From Selaginella moellendorffii (lineage: Eukaryota > Plantae > Lycopodiophyta): a stretch of 64,000 nucleotides of DNA. Under the pieces are notes generated by a model that did no database searches, was not told the origin of the DNA, and saw nothing but the letters and a program-made list of their open reading frames with translations. Where the stretch lies: assembly GCF_000143415.4 (NCBI RefSeq), contig NW_003314376.1:1-64000 (forward strand), in the 5' to 3' direction. Below, piece by piece: positions 1 through 14,190 of the stretch. A program made the translations under genes and the position numbers. Numbering within the stretch: the stretch's first letter is position 1; each line of letters begins with the position of its first letter.

Positions 1-399
1 TATTTAGTATAGGGCATTGTCATAAATGTGACTTAAGATACTTGTTGGTCAGTCCTTACAAACATTCTCTTTTTATTGTTATGACGGCAAGAGATCAATA
101 TTGTTGGTTCCTTTTGTTAACCCCTCTTATTCAAGTGTTAATAAAATAAATTTAACATTTTTACTTGGCCAAATGAGCATAAGGAAGGAATTCTTAAGTG
201 TTTATTTAGTCAAGAATACTTAGCCTAGTTTGTTAGTTATTTTTTGCTTTGTCTTGCATTAGCTTGGCAAAAAATTTTATGTATTGAGTTTAGTCCCTCA
301 ATATCACTATATGATAGTTTACTATGTCTGCTAATGTACACTTTCATTATCATGCCCCATGTGTTGGTCTTATTCTAGTTTCATATACTATTTATATAA

Positions 400-1956
400 A
401 TGTCTAGATTTGCTTGAAAGGCATACCTATGGAATGGAGAGAGTGTCTTGAACCCTATCATGTTCTTCCCGCATCCTAATTTATAATTTAGAGCCATTCC
501 ATATTTAATAAGTTTTCATATTTATCCCATATATTAACTCTTGAGATTAAGGTGAAAGCCCAAAGTGTATTTTTATACTACTATAAAGGGTTCCAAATAT
601 ATAGTAAGGATAGTGGTTGGAAGTATAGTTGACCACTTGAGACATTAGTTTGGTGGGGGGGGGTTACAGTAGAAATAATGGTTAGAAGTATAATTGATCA
701 TTTGAGACTTGAGATATTAGTTTGGCATTTATTTGGCTATGTCACTCCTTGGTCTAAGCCCAATCTCTACTCTAGTCAGTGGGGTACTTTCCTCTTTGCA
801 TCAAGCAACTGGTATACCAAAATTGTGCTAAACACCATTTGACACCATTTTGCATACAAGAGCCAGATATGGGGAGCTAGTGCTCATAGGGGATTTAAGT
901 GCATACCAAACCTTTGTTTTATAGTTGGAATTTATCTTCAAATTTAAATGTGTTATATTTGGTATTAGAGAAATTGTCTCAATAATTCCTATCCAACTTT
1001 TGTTGGAGTTTTTAACTCTAGTTGCATATGTAGAAACTTTTTTAGTACATTCAAACCGATATGTGCAAGATTAGTTAGATTGCACCATTCAATAAGAATG
1101 TTATATGCATGTTCATTTGTTGATAGAGGCGTATATGCAATTGGTGAAATGATAAAATGAAACCATACTAATGATGCTAAAACCTCTAAATGAGCGAATC
1201 AAAAGAAGGAAACTTCTACTAGAGATGCTATAAAAGAGGAAAACCCCAAAGTTGCAGCATTGTAACATATAGTTTCAAACATTAGGATTGAGAATTTGTG
1301 AAAGGAAGTTCACAAATTAAAGATTGAGAATAAAAAGAAGAAGAAAGAAGTTAAAGTAGCTAAACCAACTAAATCTAAACAACCAAACTCTTTTTTAAAT
1401 TCTAAGGATTATGAAGTTTTGCAATTACCCTTGATTATATGAGTTTTAAAGTTCAAGCCTCCGAAACCATCCAATTTTAGAGGTATATTAGACTATTAAG
1501 TTTTGGAAGACTAAGTCTACGATATGAAAACCTATTTCATAGCAGTAGACATAGATGATCATATAAAGGTTATATATATTTAGTCATTTCTCACGAATTA
1601 TGTTAAAACTTGGTGGCATTAAGTGTGCATTGGAAAAGGGCAAACTAGAAGTTGAACTAAGATGCAGTCTTGTATTCAAAAGGAATATTTGCCAAATGAT
1701 CTTGGTATAGAGCTATAGCAGTTAAAGCAACATGGGGATCTTATGCACTATATTAATGCACTTGCTCAAAAACATATTATGATTATAAATATGAGTGATA
1801 AAGATGCTCAAAGTTATTTCCTAGAAAGTTTGAATTCACTTTCTCACAATAAGATTTTAAAGTTTAAGTTGAAGATGTATATAGAGTGTAATGAGGTAGC
1901 ATAACAAGTTGCTTTTATTCACTCATTCATGGGAATATATCAATAGGCATACGTTG
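400..1956 (+). mobile_element. Degenerate Ty3/gypsy-type LTR retrotransposon 5' part (LTR remnant, Met-type PBS, gag pseudogene)
   Basis: PBS-like TGGTATTAGAG at 960-970. The gag-like translation with stops near 1440-1830 reads 'KFKPPKPSNFRGILDY*VLED*VYDMKTYF...KTWWH' and 'LKQHGDLMHYINAL...DKDAQSYFLESL'. GGTGAAAGCCCAAAG at 551-565 and the post-PBS sequence resemble the LTR and leader of elements A/B. Left boundary approximate; ends at a gap. Confidence 0.6.
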
Positions 1957-2241
1957 NNNNNNNNNNNNNNNNNNNNNNNNNNNNNNNNNNNNNNNNNNNN
2001 NNNNNNNNNNNNNNNNNNNNNNNNNNNNNNNNNNNNNNNNNNNNNNNNNNNNNNNNNNNNNNNNNNNNNNNNNNNNNNNNNNNNNNNNNNNNNNNNNNNN
2101 NNNNNNNNNNNNNNNNNNNNNNNNNNNNNNNNNNNNNNNNNNNNNNNNNNNNNNNNNNNNNNNNNNNNNNNNNNNNNNNNNNNNNNNNNNNNNNNNNNNN
2201 NNNNNNNNNNNNNNNNNNNNNNNNNNNNNNNNNNNNNNNNN
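1957..2241. other. Assembly gap (N run)
   Basis: Run of n. Confidence 0.99.
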
Positions 2242-2428
2242 AGACTCAATTCATCAATGGCTTCATGCTTATTCCTGACATTTTGTTAAAAGTTCCATTC
2301 CTACTCTCGACTTTCTGAATTTGAGCTTTTGGTCCAAACATGTTATGCTCATTGGATTCTCATTTTAACCATTGCTATGTGGCACGTTTTTTGCTTCACT
2401 TTGGGGCTTAGGGATTTGTGTTTTCATA
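2242..2428 (-). mobile_element. Diverged LTR terminus of the same family as elements A/B (33-48 kb)
   Basis: Aligns by eye to 34657-34845 (...ttttggtccaaacatgttatgctc...ctttggggcttagggatttgtgttttcata vs ...tgtgtctcaca). Confidence 0.75.
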
Positions 2429-4592
2429 TAACCATTATGAAAGATCATGAATTATTTATCGAATGGGATACAAATAATCATTGTTGAAGAAATAATCCAT
2501 CATCCTAAAGAGCAGTAAATCATTCAACATAAAAAATAATCAAGAAAATCCATTGATAAGGATAATTGACTTATTCTAAATGATAATCAAATGTATAAAC
2601 CAACTTTATCAGTAAAACTAATGAGCTAAAATGCCTTCCCTAACAATATGAAAACTCAATGAACTAAAAGCTTAAAAAAGCCTATAATCAAGTCTCACTT
2701 AACAATGATCACAAGTTTTGCATAAACCAACTTCAATGGCAAAAAAGAAATTATAATACAACTCACAATATCCTCCTCAATACATCCATAAGTTAAACTT
2801 TATAATATAAAAGTTAATAAAGAGCATGTCTGTATCAATCCAAAAACCATACACAATAAAGTTATACTCAAAAAGTGATCACCAAAATGATCCTCTATGA
2901 ATCCATCTAAACTGTAACTCACTTTATAACAAGCACAAAAAAAATCATTAATAATCGATAGATCCTAATTCAAATTCATAACGATTTAACACACCAATTG
3001 ATCATTAATTCTTCTTCTTACAAAACTAGCATAGTTCATGACTAAATCACTTTTCAAGTAAAAGCCAAATCTCAACTTCTATTAAATAATCTCATCTTAA
3101 ACATAACTAACTCAATTTATCACTCAGTTTGTTTACACACTAACATAGTTGCTAATTAGCAAATGCATAATTGGTAATAACATAAAGCTATAGTTAACTA
3201 TTAACACTATCTTTATTAAAACTAGTGAAACTATTCAATTGAGCCCAACTGTTCACTAACCATTTGAACTATTATAAATGGAAAATTTAATTTTTTCAAT
3301 ATATCTGTAGAAATAACATCTCATTTCATTTCAATCTCAACTCCAAATATCAATATTATATCATCACTTCAATACCATCAACACCAAAATAAAGTTAAAA
3401 AAAAGTAAGAGAAAATCACCATTCAATACTCTTTAACAACCAAGCTAACCAAAGTCAAAGATACCTTACTCAGTATCCGAAACCAAGCCCTCAATAATAC
3501 TCAACTATAAATAACACATAGTTAAGAAGTGAATCACCACATTCAAAACTCAATGCAATCCAATGCCATAGACTAAATACGACCATATAATATTGACAAA
3601 GATGGAATTGAAATGTTAATATGGAAAATCATGTAAGACTAACAACACGATCTTTTACAACACCATTTGGTAGTGAGCCTATCACTACTAAATCATCATC
3701 AAGTGAAACAAATGTTAAAAGTCCTTGACAAAATTTATAAGTAATCACTAGTCATCAAAATAATCAACAACCACACTTCAACTTACTTTCAGAAAACCTA
3801 AATACTCTACTCATATCATTGTGTTATATACTTGTCCAACAAATACATAACACCCTAAGTGCAAGATATAGAAATATGAACAAGCATGAATTAAATGACC
3901 ATTCGAATCCAATCGAATTGTAATAAGCTTAACAACACGTTTAGCCAATAACTCTGAGTATGCATTGAAGAGGTTAGCTATACATGATTAACACTCAACC
4001 AAAACTAAAGTGAAGACCATGGGATAAACTTATATAAATACACAACCTCCTAATAGACAAGGTTATAGTATAGGTACTAACACTTCAATTACAAACAATT
4101 AAGTTAAACATCTGATTTCTAATGATCTTGCTTATTGTAATTTGGTTGTAGATGTCAAAGAAACCAACTAACACTCTATATGCTGACATACAAATACATT
4201 CTTTCAATCCCTCACCACTACTACAAAGGATGACCTTTAATAGTTGCCTTCATTGGCCTCACACAAACAAGTATGAAAAAAAATATGTATTAACTTTAAT
4301 ATTTCCTGGTTTTGAACACTATTTAGGTTCACCCTCTTTCTCCTACGGGAAGTGTTGGCAACGTGGAAATAGTTATTAGGGACTACTTTCAGCTTTCCAA
4401 TAACATGAGCCGATAACCTTTTGTGTTTCATAAATGAATGCGAGGATTGAGAATGATTAATAACTTTGGCATTGACCTCGTATTCTTCAACTTGCCTGAT
4501 GGGTTACCACCTTTACAAGACGACACTCCATCTTGGAACATCCTTCGACTAGACCACATTTCTCAAGCGATGGATATGGAATCTAAGATGTT

Positions 4593-5432
4593 NNNNNNNN
4601 NNNNNNNNNNNNNNNNNNNNNNNNNNNNNNNNNNNNNNNNNNNNNNNNNNNNNNNNNNNNNNNNNNNNNNNNNNNNNNNNNNNNNNNNNNNNNNNNNNNN
4701 NNNNNNNNNNNNNNNNNNNNNNNNNNNNNNNNNNNNNNNNNNNNNNNNNNNNNNNNNNNNNNNNNNNNNNNNNNNNNNNNNNNNNNNNNNNNNNNNNNNN
4801 NNNNNNNNNNNNNNNNNNNNNNNNNNNNNNNNNNNNNNNNNNNNNNNNNNNNNNNNNNNNNNNNNNNNNNNNNNNNNNNNNNNNNNNNNNNNNNNNNNNN
4901 NNNNNNNNNNNNNNNNNNNNNNNNNNNNNNNNNNNNNNNNNNNNNNNNNNNNNNNNNNNNNNNNNNNNNNNNNNNNNNNNNNNNNNNNNNNNNNNNNNNN
5001 NNNNNNNNNNNNNNNNNNNNNNNNNNNNNNNNNNNNNNNNNNNNNNNNNNNNNNNNNNNNNNNNNNNNNNNNNNNNNNNNNNNNNNNNNNNNNNNNNNNN
5101 NNNNNNNNNNNNNNNNNNNNNNNNNNNNNNNNNNNNNNNNNNNNNNNNNNNNNNNNNNNNNNNNNNNNNNNNNNNNNNNNNNNNNNNNNNNNNNNNNNNN
5201 NNNNNNNNNNNNNNNNNNNNNNNNNNNNNNNNNNNNNNNNNNNNNNNNNNNNNNNNNNNNNNNNNNNNNNNNNNNNNNNNNNNNNNNNNNNNNNNNNNNN
5301 NNNNNNNNNNNNNNNNNNNNNNNNNNNNNNNNNNNNNNNNNNNNNNNNNNNNNNNNNNNNNNNNNNNNNNNNNNNNNNNNNNNNNNNNNNNNNNNNNNNN
5401 NNNNNNNNNNNNNNNNNNNNNNNNNNNNNNNN
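4593..5432. other. Assembly gap (N run)
   Basis: Run of n. Confidence 0.99.
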
Positions 5433-6936
5433 TGGTTGTGTATATTAGGTGGATCGATGATGTGGGCTATAATTTGCCATATTATGCAAAAGCAATGGCA
5501 CAAGTTCACATACAACAAGAGCCTACAATTAGACAGTATAATACTATATAAACTCCTCCTTTTGTGGATGCTAAGGAAGACTAAGTTTTGTGTTATTTTT
5601 CAGTCAAATTTTTGAGTGGTATTATACAGTTTCTTCTTTGACTCATGATATTTATTTTCTTATTAGACTTATATTATTTCACTTTTTCTTGGACTAAAAA
5701 TATGTCTTAAGTTTTGAATAGAATTGTTGGTTCATCCTAAACCAATCATTTGAATATCAACTTTTGTATTTTGTGGACTATATTGACTTTCATTGACTTG
5801 AGCTCAGCTCAAAAACTACCCAACCCCAACCTTTTCCAACACCTCAATAGGCAAACTCTCAAGAATTAAGGTACTAACTCAAACTTAGCATCATGAACCA
5901 CTATTGAGAACCAAATTAAAGTTACTTTAATATTACTGTTTGCAAATAAACTAGTTTCACCATCAACCACTTTGGGGTTGACCATTGTTTAACCAAACAA
6001 TTTTGTAAACACATTCCTCACAATCACATCAAAAATTTACATGAGTATCAAATGCCAACTCTATTCGACAAAATGCAACATAAAAGCCATACCCCACAAA
6101 TAAAGATTTACAACACTAACTTTGTTCATAACATAAACAAGCTCATGCCATTCTCTATCTGACCAAACTCAAAACTAATCCAATATTAAACTACTCAAGG
6201 AGCAATAGTAAAGTTCCCCAAAAGAATTAAGCATTGTAACTTAAATCTTTTAATAGTAAGCCTAAATAAAATGGTTTAGCACTTCATCACTATCCATTTT
6301 ACAACTCACCACTTGTAAGATCATCATAACTAACATGCATCAAAATAGGGACTTTTGATTGCATAATATGAACACAAGCAATAAGATCACTCTCATTGTA
6401 AATTATATTTTGAAGAAGAAAAACTGATTTAGATGTTTGATCCTTCGTCTTTAATAATTCTCTTTTCAGACTTAAATATGATTAAACCTAAAGCTTTTAT
6501 TCGCACATAATGATTATTTGAACAAATAGACTAATCCTTATTGTCTTGATTGATCCACTTATAATCATGCTTAGGAAGGATTCATTAGTGCCATACTAAA
6601 TAGTTATAGATCAGCATATTTTCTCTCATTCCAAATCTAAGAAAGGTTTATTTTTTATTTTTTGAGTTGTCTTGCATAAGTTGTTTAATATATTATTTAC
6701 AATCTTTAATAGTTAAGTTTTATCTTTGAGTTTTTTAAACTATCATAATCTTGGTGGTTCTTATCCTCTACTAATTTATTGAATGATAATTTACTTAGAA
6801 TACTTTTTTGTTTTAATATAAGACTTATTCATTGATAATTTAGTCTCTAAAATATCATTGTCTCTAACTTTGATATTGTTTATTTATTGATGTTTGAGTT
6901 TGGGGCAATATAAGTACATTAGCTTCAACACTTTAT

Positions 6937-7039
6937 GTGTATAGTAAAATCTTTAGTTATAGGATAAATACTACTCTTAAATTTGGAGTGTATAATAAAA
7001 TCTTTAGTTATAGGATAACTACTACTCTTGAATTTGGAC
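6937..7039. repeat. Tandem duplication of ~51 bp
   Basis: gtgtatagtaaaatctttagttataggataaatactactcttaaatttgga is followed by a near-identical copy. Confidence 0.85.
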
Positions 7040-7921
7040 TTCCAGGAAGGTCACCCAACTTAGTACTATTCACACTTAACCCCAAATATCTCAAAATTTT
7101 TAACCGATTGGAAAAAAGTGTGCACTTTTATTTATGAGTCTTTTCCTTTTATATTTAAACCCCATGAATTTTCTATCATGTCATTCTCTTTAGTTATTTA
7201 TAACTTGCCATGTTCCTTATTTTATTAAAAAGGTCAATAACTCTAATTGGTCTCCATTAAGTTTGGGGAGTTTATGCAGGATTTTCTAGCATGGGAAAGG
7301 ATGGTACCAACATAAAAACTCAAGCTGGAAGCCCTGAATATTCTTCAACAGTTGGATGAAGTTCTCTCGCTTGTGTCGAGTCAGGAGCAACAATCCCTGG
7401 CACTGTCACCTCAGGTACCTCTGTCAAATTGAAAATGGAGGAGGATCAGCCACCAAGGAAATAAATGCTACAGGGTCACCAAGGACAGAGATCAAACTAG
7501 GAGTGATTGGCACCAGTGGTACCTTGGCTACTATTGCGGTTGGTACTTCAACAGCTACAGCTTCTGTCAATCATCATCAAAGAAAAGGAAAACAAAGTTT
7601 ACTCGGAGGATGATAACCAGAGGCAGTAAGTTTTAATTAGAAACTCTTATTAGAAAGAAAGCAGTAGTCCAGTCATAGCACAAGTGTTTTTTAACAGTGC
7701 TATGTGCTGTTTTTTAACAGTGATGAAAACGTTTTAGTGATTTTTTGTTTTTTAGATGGCACATGGATGATTTCGCAATTAGCATTTCTTTTGTATGTTT
7801 TTTTATTGGCATAAGCTATTTCGAAAAGGGTCAAAGAATTTTGATGCAAATGTTGTCTTGCTCTCATCCCAAAGCTGCAAGCGGATACTGACGACAAATG
7901 GTTAAGTAGAGTAGACTGATC

Positions 7922-9810
7922 CTAGGAGAAAGAATTGGAGAGCAGCACAAAGGTAGCCGGGGTGGCGGATCCAATAACAACTGCCTTGGTCGCCACCAAA
8001 ATTGCCCTTTTTACATCGCCATGGAGCTTGCACGTGCTCAGGAACACGAGCCACGCTGCCTCGTCCCCCTCAAACGGCATCGTCTCGAACAAATCCTGCG
8101 CATCGTCCAGCAATCCAACCCGTCCCAAGACATCCATCACGCAAACGTAGTGATCGATCACAGGCTTTATTCCAAAGTCTCTAACCAAGCACGCAAAGCA
8201 GTGGCGTCCATGCTCGAGATTTCCAGCGTGGCTGCAAGCCGTGATCACTGCCACCGACGTGATCTCGTCCGCTTCCACGCCCTCCATTGCCATGCTGCGG
8301 AAGAGATCCATCGCTAGAGCGTAGCTTCGTCTCGATTGAGCGTAAGTTGATAGCATCGCATTCCAGGTAACTCGATCCTTGCCGCCGGTGATGGAGTCGA
8401 AGATCTGTCTCGCTGTGTCGAGGCTGCCGCAGCGGCCGTAGAGATGGATGAGGCTTGTCGTGATCGCCACCTCCATGTTGATCGAAGACGGATCTTGTTC
8501 TTCCGCAAGCAGCAAAGAGTGGAGGAGTTTTCCATCCGCAAGGGACGCGATGCTAGCGCACGACTCGATGGCGATGATGAAGCTCACGCGGTCGGGCCTC
8601 ACTCCCTCTAGATCCATGGACTTGAAGAGGCGGAGCGCGAGCAAGGAGAAACCATTGTTCGCGTAGGCGGTGATCATTGCATTCCAAGTCACTCGGTTGC
8701 GAACTGGAGTACGATCGAAGAGTTTCTCGGCGTCGTGGATCATTCCAGCGCTGGAGAAGGTCGCGATGAGCGATGTCCATGAGACAACATCGTGTTGGGG
8801 TGATTTGGAGAAGACACACAGCGAAATATCAATATCCCCGGACTGGGCATATGCAGCAGCGATGGAAGTCCAAGACACCACGTCCCTTTTGGGCATCAGA
8901 TCAAACTTAGTTTTTGCTAGATCGAACATCCTAAGCTTTGTATACATGCTCAAAAACGCATTCTCTACGTTTACCTCGCCACAGAGCCCAATCGAGATGA
9001 GTTCCTCGTGGATGATCTTCCCCGCTCTCCGATATGGGAGGCTGCCGCATGCATCGATCACGCTGGAGAAAGTAAACGCGTTTGGAGCGACGCCATCCAG
9101 ATCCATTTTCTGGAAGAGGCAGAACGCCTCGCTCGGTCTGCCCAGCTGGGAATTGGCGACGATCATGGCAGTCCACGAAACCACGTCTCTCTCGAGCATG
9201 GCGCGGAAGATCTCGTAAGCTCTGTCTATTTCACCGTTTTGGGCGTAGGCACTGACGATAGAATTCCAGGAAACGATGTTGGTCTGAGCCATTCTATCAA
9301 ACACCATTTTCGACATTTGCAAATCCCGGTTCTGAGCAAATGCAGAAACAATGCTGTTCCAAGATATCACGTCCCGATCTTTCATCTTATCAAAGAATCT
9401 CTTAGCGTGGTCGATCTCGTTGTTTCTCACAAATCCAGCGATCATTACATTGCAAGCAACGAGATCAACCCAAGGCATATCTTGCAGCAAGACTTGAGCT
9501 TTGTGTAGATCGCGGCTATGGAGATAAGCCGCGAGCATGAGGTTCCAGGAGTAATTGTTCTTCCTTTCTGGTGCGATGGCATCGAATACGGTCCTGGCCT
9601 GGCGGGCATCGCCGCAGCTGCCATACATTTGGATGAGAAGATTGGAGAGAAGAGTGTGCGATTGGAGGAGGCGATGGCCAGCGCTCTTGAGCAGCGTGTG
9701 GATCCTCCGACCCTCTTCCACAGCTCCGGCCTTGATGCATTGCCGCAGCAAAGTGGCATACGATCTCGCCTCAATCGAGTCTCCAACTTTGTACCAAGAA
9801 AGATAGCAAC
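7922..9810 (-). CDS. PLS-class pentatricopeptide repeat protein with partial E domain, no DYW (organellar RNA-editing factor type)
   Basis: 609-aa ORF with repeated 'DVVSWNxxIxAYAQNG' S/P motifs, 'SLIHLYGRCGSLDTARQIF', 'ACSHAG', 'DHYVCVMDVLGRVG' and the E-motif 'ATFVLLSN'. The ORF track starts at a TTG. The frame stays open to a likely splice acceptor at ~9810, so the true start is uncertain. Confidence 0.93.
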
Positions 9811-9940
9811 TGCGAAAAATAATAATATATATATATATACTAAAGCTTAGAAACCATGGTTATTATTAACCATTAGTGCTATACCATGCCAAAAAATATA
9901 CGTAAAGTACTCATTTTAAAGTTTGTAAGCTGTAACAGTT

Positions 9941-11405
9941 TTAGGCGAAACGATTGAGAGTGTCGTCTAGAGCAAACGCAGGTGGTGGAGCGGTGCGAGG
10001 GCCCAGCAGTGGCTGGAGAGCCTTGACCACAATGCCCATGCTTGGCCGGAAGTCGGCTTCGTATTGGACACACAAGGCAGCAACTGCAGCAAACTAGAGA
10101 TGGAAACCACAACGCCATTGTCAATAGCCTCCAGACTAGAGATCACTTCTTACTTTGGCCAGGCCTTTAGGAGGGTACTCTCCCTTGAGATTTGGATCCG
10201 CGCACTGCGTCACTTTGTCTTCGGTCAGCCTCGGCGTTGCCTAAGACAAAGGAAGAACAAACCAGCCAGCGAATGGGTTACCAATGGAAATGAAAATAAG
10301 AAGGGAACGAAGAAGAAAAATCCCACCCATGTCACCAGACTTTGCTGGCCGCGAGGCATTGTAGGATCAACTGGCCTCCTTCCCGTGAGAAGCTCCAGAA
10401 GAACAACTCCAAAGCTGTAGACATCGCTCTTCTGAGTTAATTGCCCGGTCATTGCATACCTGCGAAGATCGAAGATCGTCGAATGAAACACAACTTTTCT
10501 CCCGCTTTGAAACTCACTCTGGTGCGTGGTAGCCGAATGATCCCAGAACCCGAGTCGAATGCAACCGTGAAGCCATGTCCGGTGCCTGGTTGCTCGGGTT
10601 GTAGTCTCCAATCTTAGCTGCGTAGTTCTCGAACAGCAAGACGTTGCTCGACTTGATGTCTCGGTGGACGACGGGTGGCTGGGCCTTCTCGTGCAAATAC
10701 TCTAGCCCTCTGGCCGCTCCAACCGCAATCTTTACTCTTTGCATCCAGTCCAGCACAGGCCCTGGCCTCGATCCAAGCACACCTTTCCTGCCTGTAACGC
10801 TCTTGAGACATGATCGCAAAAGAAAAACGCAAGAGAAAGACAAGTTTTTCCGACCGTGAAGAATATCATGGAGCGATCCCATCTCCGCGAACTCAAACGC
10901 GAGAACACGCAGAGGGCCGTCAATGCAGTATCCAAGGAGCTCCACCATATTCTCGTGTTTGAGCCTCGACTGCCTTGACACCTTAGAAGAGAGATCACCA
11001 AACAACTCTTTAGGAAGAACTGGCGCATACCTGAGAGACGAAGTCCTCATGCGGTTGCGGGCTCGAATCGAGCTTCTTGAGAGCCACGGACTGCCCATTG
11101 CGCAGCTTTGCAAGATAAACTCGACCATACGAGCCCTCTCCAATGAGACGGCTCTGGTCGAAATTCTCGGTGCTCTCCAACACCTCCTCGACTGGGATTG
11201 GCGACACAGCAATGGGTTGTACCCGACCTTGCCAAGTATTAGGCGCTACATGATCTAAAAGGAGCAGAAGAATAAACAAACACTCTAGCCACTAAGAGCT
11301 CTTACCTCTTAAATTCCCATGAGCCGTTTGTGAGTGATGGCTATGGTGGCGATCGTGATCTTCGTTCCTGCCAGGAAAAGTACCACAGCAGCTTAAGCAC
11401 GACAT
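9941..11405 (-). CDS. Pto-interacting 1 (Pti1)-like receptor-like cytoplasmic kinase, multi-exon
   Basis: N-terminus MSCLSCCG (ATG 11405). Kinase motifs [27 protein letters not shown], '[26 protein letters not shown]', '[27 protein letters not shown]', '[10 protein letters not shown]'. Last exon 10093-9941 reads '[19 protein letters not shown]...'. GT-AG introns of ~50-80 bp. Confidence 0.93.
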
Positions 11406-13639
11406 CTTTTTAAGGGATACAAACCCTATAGGACTAAGGAATTGGAGGGTGTTCCTTCCAAAGCATAGTATCTATCACCAAAATTAAACTTAAGTGGAAA
11501 TAGAGATAATACTTAAAGGTGTTAGAAATGAGAAGAGAAGTCTTTTTTAAGATATCACTCATTATTTACCTTTTGAATTTCTTCTTTACCTTTTGTAATT
11601 TCTTATATTTTACTTTTAACAAATAAAATCTAAGCCATATAAACCTTGTACTAAAAATTGCCAAGCCAATGCTGGGCAATTGGCAAATTTCATGCCATTT
11701 TCAAGAGGTTTGCTGAGATTAGTTATGTTTGCTGCTTGATCAACTCAAATATTTTCTTCACCAAACCTGAATCGATTCACCATAGCTTAGTATTGTTAAG
11801 GTACTGGATATTTTAGGTTGGAGTTGTTATTTGATATTATCACTTAATTTAGAAGAAGTTATTATTTTAATATTTAATAATTAGTATTTGTACTAATAGT
11901 TTAAGTTATATATTTATATTAAGCTTTTCATTATTAGTTTATGTAATTATAAGAAATGCCCTATATTATTTTTGGTGTAATTTATAGATAAAATTTATTT
12001 TACCAATATCTATTTTTTTCACTCAATATTCAAACATGATGATGAATCCAAAGTTTAAGATTTGGATCCCTCCTATACAAAGGATGAAAGACTTTAGAAT
12101 TTTAATGTTTAAAGAATTATGTGTAATTGCAACTTGATTATGATGTTGTAAAGCTTCCCATTTACAGTATCACTTATATAACTGAGAATTGTATATTCAT
12201 GATGATGGCATTGCTGTTTAATGTTGATCTTTTGCTTTTAATTATAATGCCTTTAAGTATATTGCATTTTCTTCCTTTGACCAAGTATTTATAATCTTCA
12301 TATATTTGTTGTTTCTCATTTACTAATATGAAATCAAGAAAGATTTAAAGAACTTGAATTGTAATTATAAATTTTGTATATTTGTACAGGGCATGGTTAA
12401 AAGAACAATATAACATCTAATCTACAACAAAATCTCAGAGAAAATTAAATCTCAAGTTTTAAGTGGGTTTAATCAAAGAATTTATGGAAAAAAAAGTTCT
12501 ATATACTAATGTAAATAGGTTTCTGAACAAGCTTTTATGTTTAAATGACCAAACACTATAGATCTATAATTGGTTTTCTTAAGCAAACCTGTAGAGGAAT
12601 TGAATATATTTAAAATATGCTTGCAGATTCTAGGTTATTTTAATATCTAATAGTTTGTGTTCACATTTAGATTAATATTTTTATTTATAATTTATAAACT
12701 TACTTTCTATTATAAATTCCACTATTGATATGCAATAATATTAATCTTGATTAATAAATTATAAATATGGTTATAACTATCATGCTACTGCAAATTAATT
12801 AAGAGATAAGTATTTTCCCTCATATTTTTGGTTTGCTTAAGCAAAGCTGTAGAGGTAGTGAATATACCTAGAATATTCTTGGAAATTCTATGATATTCTA
12901 CCATCTAACAGTTGTTATTTATTTAGATTAATCTTGTATTTATAATTTATAAACATGTTTATAATTTTAAAACTTTCTTAAACCCTTTCTAGTATATTCT
13001 TTATTCTATCATCTTATGCAATAAAATTAATCTTGTGTTTATAAATTACAAACATGCTTATAATTATAAACTTTATTTGATCAATTGGATTAATAAGTAA
13101 TAATAAAACTACTATTAACCAAACCATGCTACATACAACCCATAACAATTTATTTATCCCTTCACCATGGTGTGCCAGCTACCATCTTTGTTTGGGTTTT
13201 ATTGACGGCTCCATCAACATTGCATCACACTCTTTCCTTGCAACACCTTAGAAAAGCTTTACTCTCATTTTGATTAAATTCTTTGGATCCATGATATTCA
13301 AGCATATGCAGTGCTCCTATTTCTCAGGCAGTTCCCAAGCATCTAAATGAAAAGAAACCTTCCACTCCTAATACCCTCTCCACAATAAAATTCCATTCCC
13401 ATCCCTAAAACAACATGTCATTGATGAAAAAGTCAAAGAAGAAGATACTTAAGGAGGTAAGCTCCAAAGCCTCCACAACTTTTCATTGCCAAGCTTCAAT
13501 TTCCTCAAAACAACTTGAAGATAGGGACTTCTAACTAGCTCGACCATCTTGGCTTAACAATTTTGTAAACAAAGTACCTTGTGAAGGCTATAAGATGAAA
13601 CAAAAAAGCTATGAACTAGTGAAAAAACTATAGCACCTA

Positions 13640-14190
13640 TAACCAGCATACTTTGTAGGGCACTCTCCAGTTACTCCAAATGAGTAGTGCAAGAAGAAGT
13701 GTGTCATTGTGACAGCGACGCCAGAGTACTTCTGAACTTGGGGCAGAAAACTTCTCAAGCAGCAGGCATGTTACTGAGCAAGTACGCGAGTAGTGGATTC
13801 CGTCCAGATTTCTCTCCCGGATCTGCGAGTGGAGCCTCTTCTCAGGTAAGTCGCCATGTGCCTTGAGTGCCATCATGAAAAGTCTGAGCGTTTGGCTGCC
13901 GGTTTGCTCGTAGCACTCAAGAGCAAAGGTTGTTCTCGGCATATCCCAAGAAACGATGTTTTGCTGCTCCATGCAAAGTCTCAGCGTTTGGAGGCAGGCC
14001 AGCTTCTCGTTGCATCTGATAGAAGACGTGCATGTCCCATGATGATCGTGTTCCAGGCAACCAACGTCGTGTTTCTTTGTCCTCCTGAACACTTCTGATG
14101 CTTCCACATGTCCACGAGGCTGCTTGCGACGAATGCATTGGCTCAATTTGCGAGGTAGACCAACCTATCCTGTTCTTCGTCCCATCCTGT
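13640..14190 (-). pseudogene. Degenerate PPR gene fragment
   Basis: 'NAFVASSLVDM', 'ASEVFRRTKKHDV', 'QNIVSW', 'TFMMALKA' are PPR-like pieces with frameshifts. Confidence 0.65.

Noticed and set aside
4438-5518. Long ORFs spanning N runs (also 1909-2289)
   Set aside because: Artefacts of assembly gaps.
2430-6400. A/C-rich degenerate region possibly derived from retroelement pol
   Set aside because: No diagnostic motif could be read.
7300-7630. Thr/Gly-rich exon-like stretch ending in a GTAAGT donor
   Set aside because: No homology recognised, and stops interrupt the candidate frames.
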